In this document: positions 1 through 13,599 of the stretch, piece after piece | Layout: each line of letters opens with the position of its first letter | How positions within the stretch are numbered: position 1 is the first letter of the stretch | Source: the human T2T-CHM13v2.0 reference genome, Homo sapiens | Length of the DNA: 64,000 nt | Reading direction: 5' to 3' (one strand) | Assembly: GCF_009914755.1 (NCBI RefSeq) | Contig: NC_060928.1 | Position numbers and translations under genes: made by a program | Notes under the pieces: model-generated | The model's database searches: none | Seen by the model: only the letters and a program-made list of their open reading frames with translations | What the model was told of the DNA's origin: nothing

Positions 1-1319
1 AATATGCATGCCTTGTGATACTAGGGAAATGATAAACAGATAAATGAGTGATATTGAAAATATAGGCAATACAAGTGTTCTATATTTCTTGTAAAGAAAT
101 TTTATATGTTGTTGTACAGGTAAAACAAATTTGTCATTAATGAAAACTTTCCTACATTTCTACACTGGAATGAGTACTCAATAATTAGCATTATTATCCA
201 GTTGGTAACAAGAAAAATTTCAATTTTTCTAAATCTCCGGTATTACTCATTGCTCTAAATAGCTAAATATTTAATTAACCAACACAATTTCTTTTATTTT
301 GCCTCATTTGTATTGTTTTCCAAGTAGTATTTCCTGCTTTGACAATTATCAGTTAAAATGGACTCTATTCAACATCACGAAGAAAATATAAACCAGTTCC
401 AAATTTACTAATTTTGTGGTAGATATTTTCAAATAATGAATATTTGCAAAAACAATGAAATAGTCACATGGTTTTGGAGAGGAATTGCTCAAGTCATTAA
501 ATTGGTGGATCAGAAAATATTATTTTGTTAAGTTAAAAAATAGATGCACAAGGCATCTGCTAACGTTCCATGTTAGTCCTTGAGATATTGTGACTTTCTG
601 ATAATCAAAATCTTATTAGATGGTTGGGCACTAAGAGATTTAAGAAGGTGGGTCTATTAATCTGTGACTTATTGCCAGATCCACAATTACCAGGAATTCA
701 TCAGTGGTTGATAAAATATAAGTTGTTATAAAGAAAATTTTAAAAAGATAGTTGTTTAATTTAAAATGACATAAAGCGAATTGCTATCCTAGAGGAGTGC
801 TATGTTAAGCAAGCCCAAATTTAGGCAATTCATCCTTCATATTAAATATTTTTAAAGAATGACCTAAAGTTATTTATGCCAAAGGAGATCAAAGTCCAGC
901 ATTTATTTAGGTAGATGTTGAGTTGTAATTAACATTCTATGTTGAGTTACTAACATAAAGGAGCTATAAGTAATTACAAGATGTATAAGCATAACAGCAA
1001 AATATTTTAAAATCAAGTAAATGTATTTTTCAAATAAAAATGTAATAGAGAAAAGTATGATAAAAATATATATAAACAGCAACTCTTTACATACTTGAAT
1101 TTCAGAGAAAATATTAGGCCTAATACATTTTATGTCATTTGGTAAATTTTGTATTGTGCTTACATATCTTTCATTATGTTAACTTTGCAGCACCTGGAAC
1201 ACAATATTTCATCATATCCAACTTATTAAAAAAAAAGCATAGTAGAAATAGTACACTGTCAGAAGATTAGCAAATTTGATGTGACTCTCTGCCGTGTAAT
1301 AGGCAAATAAATGCTGCAC

Positions 1320-1680
1320 AACCATACAATGGGTAAATGTATCATGGCACATTCATACAATGCAATGCTGTCTAGCAAAACATAAAGAACAAACTACAGC
1401 TTAAAGTAACACGGGCATAAATATTATGAAATGATGAGCTGAGCATGAAACAATCTATATTACATTATTCATATATATACAGTGAAAACTGGTCAAACTA
1501 AACTAGTTGTCAGAAGTCATGATAGTAGCTAACTTTTGAAGTTTCCAGTGATGGGGAGAATGGATAATATCAGTAAGTATAAGAGGAACTTTGGACAGTG
1601 TGGAAGTTTCTATTTATTGATATGGTATATATCAAAATACGTACTTATAATTTGTTATGTAAAATATACTATGATAAAGT
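1320..1680 (+). mobile_element. Old L1 (L1ME/L1MC-type) 3' end fragment
   Basis: Degenerate match to an L1M 3'UTR (aaactaaactagttgtcagaagtcatgatagtagctaac; tatgtaaaatatactatgataaa). Boundaries approximate. Confidence 0.55.
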
Positions 1681-4059
1681 ATTTGTTTTTAAAGGAATAA
1701 TGAAAATTGTATATAAATGGAAAGTTGCTATATGTATATTGCTGGACATTATGAAATTTAAACTGTTTGCCCAGATTAATGTAATGACCATTAATGAGAG
1801 AACAAGTCTTGCCAACAAATCTTCATCTTGATCTTTAAAAAACTTAAACATACTGTATAAAATTAAGAAAATACAGGTGTTCTACATAGTTATAATAATA
1901 GTTCAATGTAAGCCAAAGAACCATAGGCATAGTAGAAGATGTTAGGAGCCAATGTTAAGATCTACTACTATACTTATTTCCAAAAGCACCTTTTAATACT
2001 TCAGATTGCTTAGGCCCATCTAATGTTGATAAGAAATACTGCTATTTAATAAAGGATATTTATTTGATTAAGGAGGATGCAATAGGGAAATCACGTTATT
2101 TTAATTTTTAATCTGGAGATGGTCTAAAACTCATGCACCATTCTCCTGAGGCAGCTGACAAAATCTGATTTGATGTTCTTTTTCTGTAGAAACAATGACA
2201 TAATCACTGAGCTCATATTATTCAGGAATAAATAATTAGTTATTACCTAGAGTTTTTATCTGTGTTATAGGAAATAGACACCATTATTAAAAACACAATG
2301 AACTAGATAAAAAACTGCTGGGCTCTGATCTCCTTTAGCATAAATGACTTTAGGCCATTCTTTTTAAATATTTACTATGAAGGATGATTGCCTAAACTTG
2401 GGCTTGATTTACATAGTACTCCTCTAGGAAGAGCAATTTGCTTTATGGTATTTTAAATTAAACAGGCTTAGTTACTCAAGAAGCTATTAAAATGTAAGAA
2501 TGTTTCTCTACTTACTATTTAGCTTATATACAGATACTTAATTGTGTAGACAAATTAAGTTGAAAATTAAAAATAAATAAAATGGAAGAAGAAATTTAAA
2601 AATTAATCTTTGATTGACATAAGTTCCTAACGTCCTACAAAAAGTGTCCAAAAATTACATATGTTTAAACTACCAGTTAGTAATAGTTGTGTTCTCTTTT
2701 AGCAAAGCCTTCTTAGAAATGCCATTTTTTCAACAATAATCAGAACCGAAAGCCTTGTCCACCTTTTAGGATAAAGTGGCATGCAGCCTTGTTAATCTGA
2801 CCCATTGAAATAAATGGAAAATGTACTAGTGCCCCAGTATAATTGTTAGCAGCAGCATTTTAGAAGGCACTAATTTGCACTTCATTGTAATATCTCTTCT
2901 CAACTTTGATATAAATGTTAACCAGAGCTGGCATTATTAATAGCAAGCTAGGATCTGGGGCAGGGGCAAAGGAGTGGTCTTACAGAGAATCAGAACATGA
3001 CCTTAATTGTTAATGAAACATGGCAGTTCCATGAAAAGGCAAAAGCACAAAATGAATACAATAATTGTTTCAGTAGGAACCTGCATAATGCAAAAGGCTA
3101 CAATTATAAAATATGCCACCCCAAAAAGCACTCCTTGGATTCATATTTCAAGGTTATATGACCTCTGATTGCCCTTTAAATTACCAGTGGACAATATAAG
3201 AGAAAATAATACATCTTAATATATAATTAATAACACTTAAAGGTATTAACTCATAGACTCGAAGCTAATAGGTGGCATAAAATGAAAATAATAAAACTGC
3301 TATACAAAGAAAATAAGGATTATTATTTTTCATTCCTACATTATTCTATGAATGCATAAAGATTTCAACATCATTTGGTATTTTGTGTTTCTTCCTATGT
3401 ACATTATGTAAATATTCAACTCAATAAACTTCTAATCAATTTTCTACAAATTACGTGTAGTAGCACCAAGCTATAAAGATGAAATATAGCATGCAATTGT
3501 TGCTCTTTGGTTGTGACATGCAATTTGAACTAAAGTCTCTTGGTTTATTTTTTGTTTGCTTTTGTTTTGTTTGTTTTGTAAAAAAAAAAAAAAGAACCTA
3601 TTAATCTTTACAGAATTTCCTTATCCCCTTGTACACACTATGAACATAAGTAGAGATTCTGAATGATTTCTTGATGCTTTGTTTCTACTTGTAGGTTAAC
3701 TTGCTTTTTATAGAGTTCAACATACTGAACTTAGGAGTTCAGGAGACAGCACTATTTCAAAACAACAAGGTTGTATCAGGCAATGTATCACAAACTATTT
3801 TCTTTACATTTTCTAGTGCATTGGTATACCTATGAAATTAGAAATTTCTTAAAGCACTCTGAGATGATAAAATTTTAAAAATGCAGAGAAAATAAAAATA
3901 AAAAGCACGCTCACTTAAGAAAATTATTAAAAAGTAATTCAGAGATACATTTGATTCTTAAAGATCAAGAGAAGTTAAATATTAATAGGATGTATTGTCC
4001 TAAATAATTTAATAATCATGCTAAAAGGAAAAAAATGATGAACATGTAAGAAATAATCC

Positions 4060-4612
4060 ACACACCATGTAGTTCACTCTTTTACAGTGTACAGTGACTT
4101 TCACAGGATTGCACAACCATCACCACAATCTGATTTTAGAACATTTTCATAATCTCAAAAGCAACTCTACACCCATTAGCAGTCTCTCTCTCTCTTCCAC
4201 CTCATATCACCACTTCCAGGCCTAGTAACCACTGTTATATGTTATGTATTTACAGACTTGCCTATTCTGGTCATTTCATATAAACAAAACCATAGAAAAT
4301 GTCGCCTCTTGCGTTTGGCTTCTTTCACTTTGTACATTTCAAAGGTTCATCTGTGTTGTAACCTGTGTCAGTACCTCATTTTTTATTACTGAATATTATA
4401 CCATTGAATTAATACACCATATATGCTTAACTATTCACCAGTTGACAAACATTTTCATTGTTTTCATTTTTTTCTTATTACAAATGCTATTATGAACATT
4501 TATGTACAACTTTTTGTGTGGGTATATGTTTTTATTTCTCTTATATATATATCTAAAAGTTGAATTGCTGGGCTATATGGTAATTCTGTGTTAAAGATCA
4601 TTAGTTTTTGAA
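4060..4612 (-). mobile_element. L1MB-type 3' end fragment
   Basis: Antisense L1MB hallmarks: tgcacaaccatcaccacaatctgattttagaacattttcat, ttgcctattctggtcatttcatataaa, gaattgctgggctatatggtaattctgtgtt. Confidence 0.85.
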
Positions 4613-5096
4613 GAATTCTGTGTATCAAAATAAAATCCAGGAACATCAGAACAGTTTACAGATGCCCCACGAAGGCAGAACACATCTGATGTTTTTTTAT
4701 TTGCCTCTAATTGTTAGGAGAAGTGTACATGGCAGCGAAACTAGAGTGCAAGGATGCCTGGAAGGTTGGGGGTTTGGAGTTAGGGGAACACTCACATATC
4801 CAGTGGCATTTTTCTGCTGAGTCATTGCTCCTTTTATCGTCAAACCATTAAGTTTTCCATTCCCAGGCTCATATTGAGTTATATGCCAGAAGATATTACT
4901 TGAATTTTTGGAATTCAAATTGGCCCCCACTCCCAAGATCAGATTTCCCAAAGCAAAAACCAGAGCATATGGTTTAACATATGGGCTAACAGTAACAAAA
5001 ATCATATTTTTCTTAAAATTGGAAGACATACTTTTCCTGTGTTTCCTGACTCTTCTCTGTCCAGCCCTCTCAAGGAACCTGTGCTTGTTATTTTAC

Positions 5097-5396
5097 TTTT
5101 TTTTTTCTTTGAGACAGAATTTTGCTCTTGTCGCCCAGGCTGGAGTGCAGTGGTGCGATTTTGGCTCACTGAAAACTCTGCCTCCCAGGTTCAAGTGACT
5201 CTCCTGCCTCAGTCTCCCAAGTAGCTGAAATTACAGGCAACTGCCACCATGCCCAGCTAATTATTTTTGTATTTTTAGTAGAGACGGGGTTTCACCATGT
5301 TGGCCAGGCTGGTCTTGAACTCCTGACCGCAGGTGATCTGCCTGCCTCGGCCTCCCAAAGTGCTGGGATTACAGATGTTAGCCACCGCGCCCGGCC
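5097..5396 (-). mobile_element. AluS (Sq/Sx-like), full length
   Basis: Poly-T, then gagacagaattttgctcttgtcgcccaggctggagtgcagtgg ... gccaccgcgcccggcc. Confidence 0.97.
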
Positions 5397-5439
5397 ATCA
5401 GTTTACTCTGTTAACCCTTACACTTAGTTTCAGTTGTTT

Positions 5440-5680
5440 CATTTGTTTTCAAGTGCCACATCAAATCTCATTCATTTGAAAGCCTTCCTAAAACCTGCTA
5501 TTTATTATTCTTCTCTAGAGTCTTGTTTATTCTGTCATTACATTTCTCTCTGTGCGTGTTTTTGACTTATCTAGCAATTCACAAGCTTCTAGAGGGCAGG
5601 TGATGTATTTCATAATTGTATATTCTTATTATACCTAGGCAAGTACTTTGCACTTGCCTTGATGTTCAGTAAGCGCGTAC
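5440..5680 (+). mobile_element. L2 3' end fragment
   Basis: caagcttctagagggcagg ... cctaggcaagtactttgcac ... ttcagtaa resembles the L2 3' terminus. Confidence 0.55.
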
Positions 5681-6501
5681 AGCTCTAAATCTCCATGTGA
5701 TGCACTACGTTCCAACGGTAATATCCACGAATATACTGTCTGGTTTATATCTGAAAATGAAACACAACTTTTGCAAACCCTTCGTGTGTGTATCCCTACA
5801 GGGTAACAGACAGAGATGAGACATAAAGTCAAATGTCACCTTTCAGGTGAGGACAAGGAAAAAATATAGTTTATTTTGAGGAACATGCTACCACAGAAAT
5901 TTTGATACTTTTTCAGCTGTAAAAATACTGAATTTTAATAATCATTATTCCAACTGTTCAGGTTATTAGAATTTTATTCTTTTGCATTGATATAACCTTA
6001 GATATCTGAAGAGAATATGTAAATTATTCAAGTAAACATGGATTATTACTGAATAGAAAATTACAGTGAAAATGAAATAATATAACCCAAATTTCAATTC
6101 AACCGTATTTCAAAACATTCCTAGTATTTCTTCAATTAATAAAATCTATGGAAAAATTTTAAGTAAAAGTAAATAATCCTAAGCATATGAATTTTAATTC
6201 TACCCTGCCAAATGATTTTTGGTAGAAAAATATCCCCCTTTGCCAATACTTGAAATTCTCATAAAGCTTTAATTTATTTTATAGCTTTTAGTTAAATTAT
6301 ATAAGGAAGAATTTAGACATATGAAATACATGTTGAGAGAAAATCAAATATCTGAGTGCTTAATAATATAATATTGAAGGAGTATTAGAAATTTTTTTGC
6401 AAAATTAAGTTTTTCACCCCTTCCTGTATATGACATTATATTTAATTAGAATTCTGAAATTTATAGCATTATGAAATTTACTTATTAAAATACAACTTCT
6501 C

Positions 6502-6799
6502 AGCTGGGCGTCGTGGCTCACTCCTGTAGTTCTAGCACTTTGGGAGGCCAAGGTGGGCAGATCACATGAGGTCAGGAGTTCAAGACCAGTCTGCACAACA
6601 TGGTGAAACCCTGTCTCCATTGAAAATACAAAAATTAGCCAGGCATGGTGGCATGCACCTGTAATCCCAACTACTTGGGAGGCTGAGGCAGAAGAATTGC
6701 TTGAACCCAGGAGGTGAAGGTTGTAATGAGCCGAGATCTTGCACTGCACATTCCAGCCTGGGCGACACTGAAAGACTCTGTCTTAAAAAAAAAAAAAAA
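6502..6799 (+). mobile_element. AluS (Sx/Sz-like), full length
   Basis: gctgggcgtcgtggctcactcctgtag ... two arms, A-rich linker and poly-A tail. Confidence 0.97.
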
Positions 6800-9700
6800 T
6801 TTTCAGTATACCTTCACAATGTCTATTACAATTGACTCATTTCTCAAGATCACTTCAATATTCAGTCCATTCACCCAGGTCTTTGGGAATGACAGTGTTG
6901 AAGATCAGGAAGTGGAGATTAGATGGAGGAACTTTCTTCCTCTCCTGATGTTTCCTTCTATATGGAGGAACAACATTAGTGTAACACATAACACTCCTGG
7001 TTTCTTTCTGTTTCCTTACAGAAAGTTTTTGAGGAATGTTACGTAGCAAAATAAAATCCAGGAACACTAGAATAGTTTATAGATGCCCCTGGGAAGGCAG
7101 AGCACATTCTTTCTAAAGGAAAAAGCAGGAGTTCTCTGAGAGTAGAATTTGGGAAGGAAAAAATAGAAGCTAGGCTTATTCTCCATAGGTCCTTTGTTGT
7201 TGTTCTAAGATTATTCTTCTCTGCCTTGATGACTTAGGTTTTACAGGTTGGGATCATGGCACATGGCTTGACTTCAGACATTAGTAAGCAATATTAGTAA
7301 CCCAGTCTTTTTGTTTGTTTGTTTTTTAAGGGTTTAGATTAAATTATGTAAATAAATTTGAGGCTGTCAACAGCCTAAATCAAACATGTATGGTGACTTT
7401 TTTTTTTTTACTTCTGTTGGTAATGGTGGCATTTGAAAAACTTATCCATAGGCATTAAAAAAATATGCCTACAAACCTCAAGCCTTAAGCAAAAGTGCAT
7501 TGAGCTTGATAAAGGTGCTGAACATCCTGGATTTAAGCAAACTAAGAGCCTCATGGATCTCAGAAGCCAAAATGCACTGTATGAGGGCAGCCAATGCCAC
7601 ATCACTCGCAGAGCCTTCACAGAGGAGGAAAGGGGCAGGCCTGGAGGTCTGGGTTGTGCTGGCTCTCCAGTGCAGTCTGTGGCAGCTTGACTTGCTCCAC
7701 CCTGCATCTGTGGAGGCAAGTGGGAGGCTCAGGAGATACCACCAGTGAGCTGCAGAGGCTGGAGTCATCAGGTTTATCTGAATCAAGAATTCATTTGTAT
7801 GGAAAAGAGCATCTTCATATATACCTACCACTTAGATTTTAAAGAACAGAACAGTTATTTGCTATTTGCAATGTGCTTTTCAGCCTTGTCTGCAAGGAAT
7901 GACTTTTATACTGCAAGGCAGCTGGAGTCCAAGCATGCTACATAATACTACTGAGGTTCTGGTTTAAAATTTATTATTGTCAAGCTTAAATCTGATGTTT
8001 CAAATTCCACTTTGCATTCAGGGCTAAAAGGGAAATGGTGAAAGAACTTAGCTTGTATTCAGAGATTTGAAAAATAATAATTTAGATGATGATGTTATAG
8101 TTAGTTGGCTATTCAAGAATTTCCTGTGCCTTGAGTTAGATAAATTTGTGGAACTAAGACCATAAAAGAAAGCATAACACAAAAGGGATATGATAGAAAG
8201 GCAGATGGGCTGATGGTAGACTGAGTCCATGCTGTGGTTCTCCTGGGTGAGATTATCCAAGTCAAGAAAGTGAAGGTGAACATGATTTGTTTGAATGGAT
8301 GCATTTGACAGGCTCAGAACATATTGACCCTAAAATCTTTTTTTAAAAGTCTAGATAAAAATATAAGATGGTTAAAGGAAGCAAGGCATTTAGATCCAGA
8401 AAACTGCTATCTTTTTACATAGAAGAGACTAACTTTATAAACACGTTAGTAATGGCTTTTTTTAAAAAAAGAAGAAGGAAAGCAAGAAAATAAGATAAGT
8501 TCTTTTCCATTATTGCATTAAAAACAGCAGCTAGAAATGCTACTCAAGGTTAAAAATTCAAAATTTGAGAAGAGATAGTGGCTTGAAGAACCCATTGCAG
8601 ATCAATTGCCCTCACTATGTTCCTAGTGCAAACTTTCAGAAGCATCAATGGCTGGATAAATTTAGAAATCTTCTTAGAGTGATTTTACAATCAAAAATGG
8701 AGTAAAACTTTCCCACAGAGGTAGAACTTACAGATATGAACAAGTGTACCACAGTAAGGCAGTATAATGAGTTACTCTGGCAAGGGGCTATAAATGTTAG
8801 TCCACTGAAGGAAGGGAGGCTGGGTCACTAAAGAGTCATATGCATTGCAACATTAGTGTAGCAGAAACACAGAACTCAAGAAAAAAGGGAAGTGTGACGG
8901 ATTTAGTTTTGCTTATCATTCCAGATCTGCTTACTTGGTTTGATTCCTGACTGTATGACTCAAATCACAGCTTAGCTCTTCCTTCAGTCATGGAGCCAAA
9001 TCAAAAAGTTTCCATCATTTTCAAAATAGTTTCTGGAATATGCGCTTCTTCTCTGATATTCATGTGTATGCCCCAGTAACGTGCCATGCCACACCACACG
9101 CTGCCCACTAAAGCACAGATATAACTTAGCCTGAACCCAGAAAGAACCTTGCAGTGTAATGGGATAGGGGGGGTGATGGATAATTTCAGATTAATTCTTC
9201 TCCCTTCCTTATGATGGATGAACTATTCACTGACCAAGTAGCTTCATACAGTTTTGTTAAAAATGTCCTGTGAAAACAAATAACTAACTAGTCATAAACT
9301 GTGAGGGCCAGGTTGGTAAAGCACTGCCTCTATGGCTCTTCAACATTCTCCTCCTTTCTACTTTTTTCTTTACTCTTCAATCTCCGTGTTTGTACTTGCC
9401 ATAAAATAGCATGTCAGCTTTTCCAAAGTCTCTGGTTTAAAGGAAAGTTTAATTGAGACAGGAGCTTAAAAGGAGTTTCATATGCTGGATGAGAAGACAA
9501 ACTATACAAATTAAGACTTGGCAAGGATGTTTTTACTCTACTTTCTTCAATTTCAAAATAAAGTGGTCATGTTTCACTAGCCACTCTCTGAGAAAGGAGG
9601 GAATGTTCATTAGATACTACTTTTCTCACAGATACAGTAAATACCCTGCCATAATTAACCTCTTGTTGGGAGTCTTCTGATTGACTTACTCTCAAAGCTC

Positions 9701-12700
9701 ATGAATCTGGGCAACTGGCATCCACCTACGGGCATCCTAAAGTGTCTGAAATAAAGTATATTCTCATTCTCTAGCCTTATTTGCTCAGATAGCACTGAGT
9801 TTCTGTCATGGTTTTGGCCAAAACTAAATTCTGGGTTCTAAAAGCATACTTTTGAGTGGAATAACTTTGTCTAGGTTTTGGAAATAAGCTTCTTTTCAGA
9901 ACTTGCTTGATAAAAATAGACTGTGATAATCTTTGGACTCTCTGAAAAAGAGGCACACAAAATTTGGTATTGAAGTAATTCAAATTGTAAGGTTGTAAGA
10001 GAATCACATCAACCCTATGGAAAACAGCTGGCAGGGCTGCAGCTGCTGAAGGAAGCAACATTACAACCAGGCTCTGACATTCCCTAGGGCTCATTCTGAG
10101 CAGGATAAGAAGTGGAGAAAATTTGATTTTCTTTAAAGGAGCTTGATAATGGATTTTTTTTGAGTTTTAATTCCTTTGGACTTTAGTGTCTCTAGATTTT
10201 AACTTACATGGGGATTTAGTCTTCTTATTAAATTTCTCTAATGGCTTCCCCAGGCTTCAAATAAGAATGAGTTTTCTAATTATATTTGGAGTATCTCCAT
10301 GTTCCTGGCATTTTTGAGCATCTTTATAATGTTATACTACATCAGTATAGAACTTTGGATGAATTACAGTTCACAACATGACTGGACATAATTTGGGAAG
10401 TCAAAGAGAATTAGAATAGATTGTCAAATTTGGAGGCAGCAGTCTTAGAGTTAAAGCTATTTTTTTCTGACCCATTTCAGCATCTTTTGGAGACAGATAT
10501 CTACACTAACCATCAGGATATCTGTAGTCTTGATTGAAACAGGATTTGTAAATTTACGAAGTCCTACAACTGTCCTGATAAATTCCAAGGAGGTTGATCA
10601 CACACAAGATTAAACATAGGCTTAATAATTTAGTTGAATGGTTTAAAAGTAAAGTTTTAAAAAATATGGATAAAGGTGGTAGACATTCCCTCTGCACTTA
10701 TTCTCTATAATTTTCCCTTAGAGTCAGTCTTTGCAAGTACCCCTGTGGTTACTCCGTGCAGGTTTGTCCTGCTGTAATTATGATCATCGGACCTGTGGTG
10801 TGCAGACCACATAACAGATGGGCTGAATGCTATCATCATGTAGATTATCTGCAAGCATGTTCTCAGAATAAGCAGAGAAAAGCCAAATTCTTTACAACAT
10901 CTCTACCTAAGTTGTTTTTGTTTTTTCAGATAAATTATTTGACTAATATGAGCCCTAAAATAAAAGTAAATGCATTGTTCTCTGATAAACTGATTCTTGG
11001 TATTTCTATTACATCATACTAAAATTATTATAAATGTTATCTGGTACCTATGAGATGACCATATAAGGTGGCAGATGTGTTAATTTTACAACAGAAAGTA
11101 CTCTGTTTCAGTACTGGGTGTCTATTGCCATTTTGAAGAGTAGTTTAAAGCAGGCTAATTTTCAAACAACAATGCAGAATATTCAACTGGAAGGCATATC
11201 ATTTTCTGGCTTTCACGTTGTTCGTTTATTTTCATACTTCCAGCAGACCACTAAGCATATTAAAATCAGAGAACAATGGGATCAGCAGAACTTTAAAGTA
11301 TGTTTGAGAATGAGACAACAAAATGGATGGCACTTTCTCCTAATATATAAAGGTTTGATAAGTTCATCACACTCAAGATTTTCAAAATGTAATTTTATCT
11401 CACGTAAGTCATGGTTCTTCCAGAGTCCCTTATTTAAACTTCCGTAAATGCAAATTTCCCTACTCCTTTTACCTTTCTTAGATCATATTGTCCAACTCAT
11501 TATACCTTCTAATGCATTGCTGCCCAGGATTATACTGTGGGTTCCTATCTCGAGCCCCTTGCTTTGCTAGAACCCCTCCAGCCTGACTTTGTCTGTTCCC
11601 CTCCTTGCAAGGCAAGCAGTTCCTGGGGCTAAGTCCAGTTCTGTGAGTTGCCCTCCTCTGGGTCTTGCTCCGTGTAATCAGACCCCAGAATTCCCTAACA
11701 ATAGCCCTGTGCCTGCTTCCAGGTCCTACACAGGCCCCTTCTCAGATAATGCTTGTTTTTAATTTTCCTAGGGGGTAAATGGTAGAAAGGGCATGTGGTT
11801 AGGAGTAAGAGAAGAGAAGTAGGGCAAACCAAGGTGTGTGGGCAGGTGGAGTGCTTTATTTATACTCTTGGTTCAGGACTTACCACTTTTAGAGTTAGGC
11901 CTGGTTAAAAATGTATTAAGCAAGATTATGTAAGTTAGCATACTTCACCCAAACAGCATAAGTTTTACAGTGTTAGAATATTGTTTTCCATTAAATTGTC
12001 AAAAACCCTATTGATACCTAATACTGTAGTTAATTGGTGATAATACTTTGAATTTGTGAATAATTATTTCCTTATTTTGCAGCATATTGTGTAAGAGTAA
12101 CGATTTAATAATTGTCAGATGCTTACTGGTAATATTATTTTAGATTCTTCCTCCACCATTGTTGGCAGTAAAGCCTACTTGTCATAACTTTTTTCTCTGC
12201 CTACATAATATTTGTGTTTTGTGTCCGATAGCTTTACATTTCTTTAATTAAAAAAAAAATCAGTGCCATCTGCTAACTCAGTATTTTTTCTCAAGTTCCA
12301 GAAAACTTGAGAAAACACTGTGCCCTAAATAAGACCCAAGTCAGTTCCTGCTCTTCTGGGACTCCACAGTTAATAGTTCTATATTAAAGGAGTTACATAT
12401 TTTTCTGTCTTGCATATCAGTGTAGACAGATCTGTCTTCTTCACTCACTATCTCCATCAATTACATGCTGAATACATTTTAATTACAAACTTTGGAAACA
12501 ATATTAGATGTCTGAATTGTCCATATATTATTTATAGTATCACTGCAGTAACTAATCCACTGATAACTAAATATATTATCTTAATAAAATACTTAATGTC
12601 ATGTTGCAGGATCTGCAGCCCTTTGATAATATTATTCGTGTTATTTGGGACTATACATTTGACTTTGTCAGTCACCTATAAGGAAAGATTTTTTTCTCCC

Positions 12701-13331
12701 CACATCTGAAATTTGGTTGTTTGTGTGATACAGCACACATTTTTTCCACAATTGAGGGAAATGAAATTTTGGTAATACATGTGTAATTCCTAAAGCTGCT
12801 TAACAAATAAAAATAATTTGCACTAATCACGATATATGTATGCTACCTATTAAAACTCTAGCTAATCATAACATATGATCTAGATACCAACTCATTTTTC
12901 AATTCATTATGAAAATGTGTACTTCCAGATTTGCAACCTCAATTCTTGAAATGTTATAGATGACAATAAATGTAAAAAATTAACATTAGTCTATGCTACA
13001 TTGTTTTTCTGGATTATACCTTATAAAAAATGACTGAAAGAGAATATATTTCCTATTATTTATACATAGAACATGGTGGAATGTAATTAATTTTGATTAA
13101 AAAATGTATCATATTTCTACTTAGAAATATCCTATATAATTTATGGTGGATTGTATTAAATACTTTCATATGATTGTATAATGGCATTTTGTACCTAAAC
13201 ACATCTTACTCCTTCACTCAGCACCTACTCACAAATATATTCTCAATATCTTTTATGAAGCAGACACTTGTCGGAGCGTTTATAAAGATACAAAAGTGGA
13301 TTTCTTGGTTTTAGCCATTAAATAAACTGGT

Positions 13332-13366
<35 letters not shown>

Positions 13367-13396
13367 GTGTGTGTGTGTGTGTGTGTATGTGTGTGT
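13332..13396. repeat. Compound (TC)n(TG)n microsatellite
   Basis: Read directly from the sequence. Confidence 0.97.
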
Positions 13397-13599
13397 TATG
13401 ATATGGTTTTCAAAAGATGGAAAGTGAATTAATTTTATATATTTACATATAGAAGTATATATAAATATATATGCATTTATTTTTATAATATTTTTACAAA
13501 ACTTTAGAGACATTGTTGTGAATTTAATATGAATGTATACATATAAATATATATATATATAAGACAGATATTCAGAAACTGCAATTTGATTTAGACTTG

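Noticed and set aside
4697-5029. 110-aa minus-strand ORF
   Set aside because: No recognisable domain or splice context, and the length is within chance expectation.
6414-6768. ORFs such as [20 protein letters not shown], also at 15.5, 25.3, 27.4, 41.1-41.9, 51.2 and 52.0 kb
   Set aside because: These are Alu translations, a well-known artefact.
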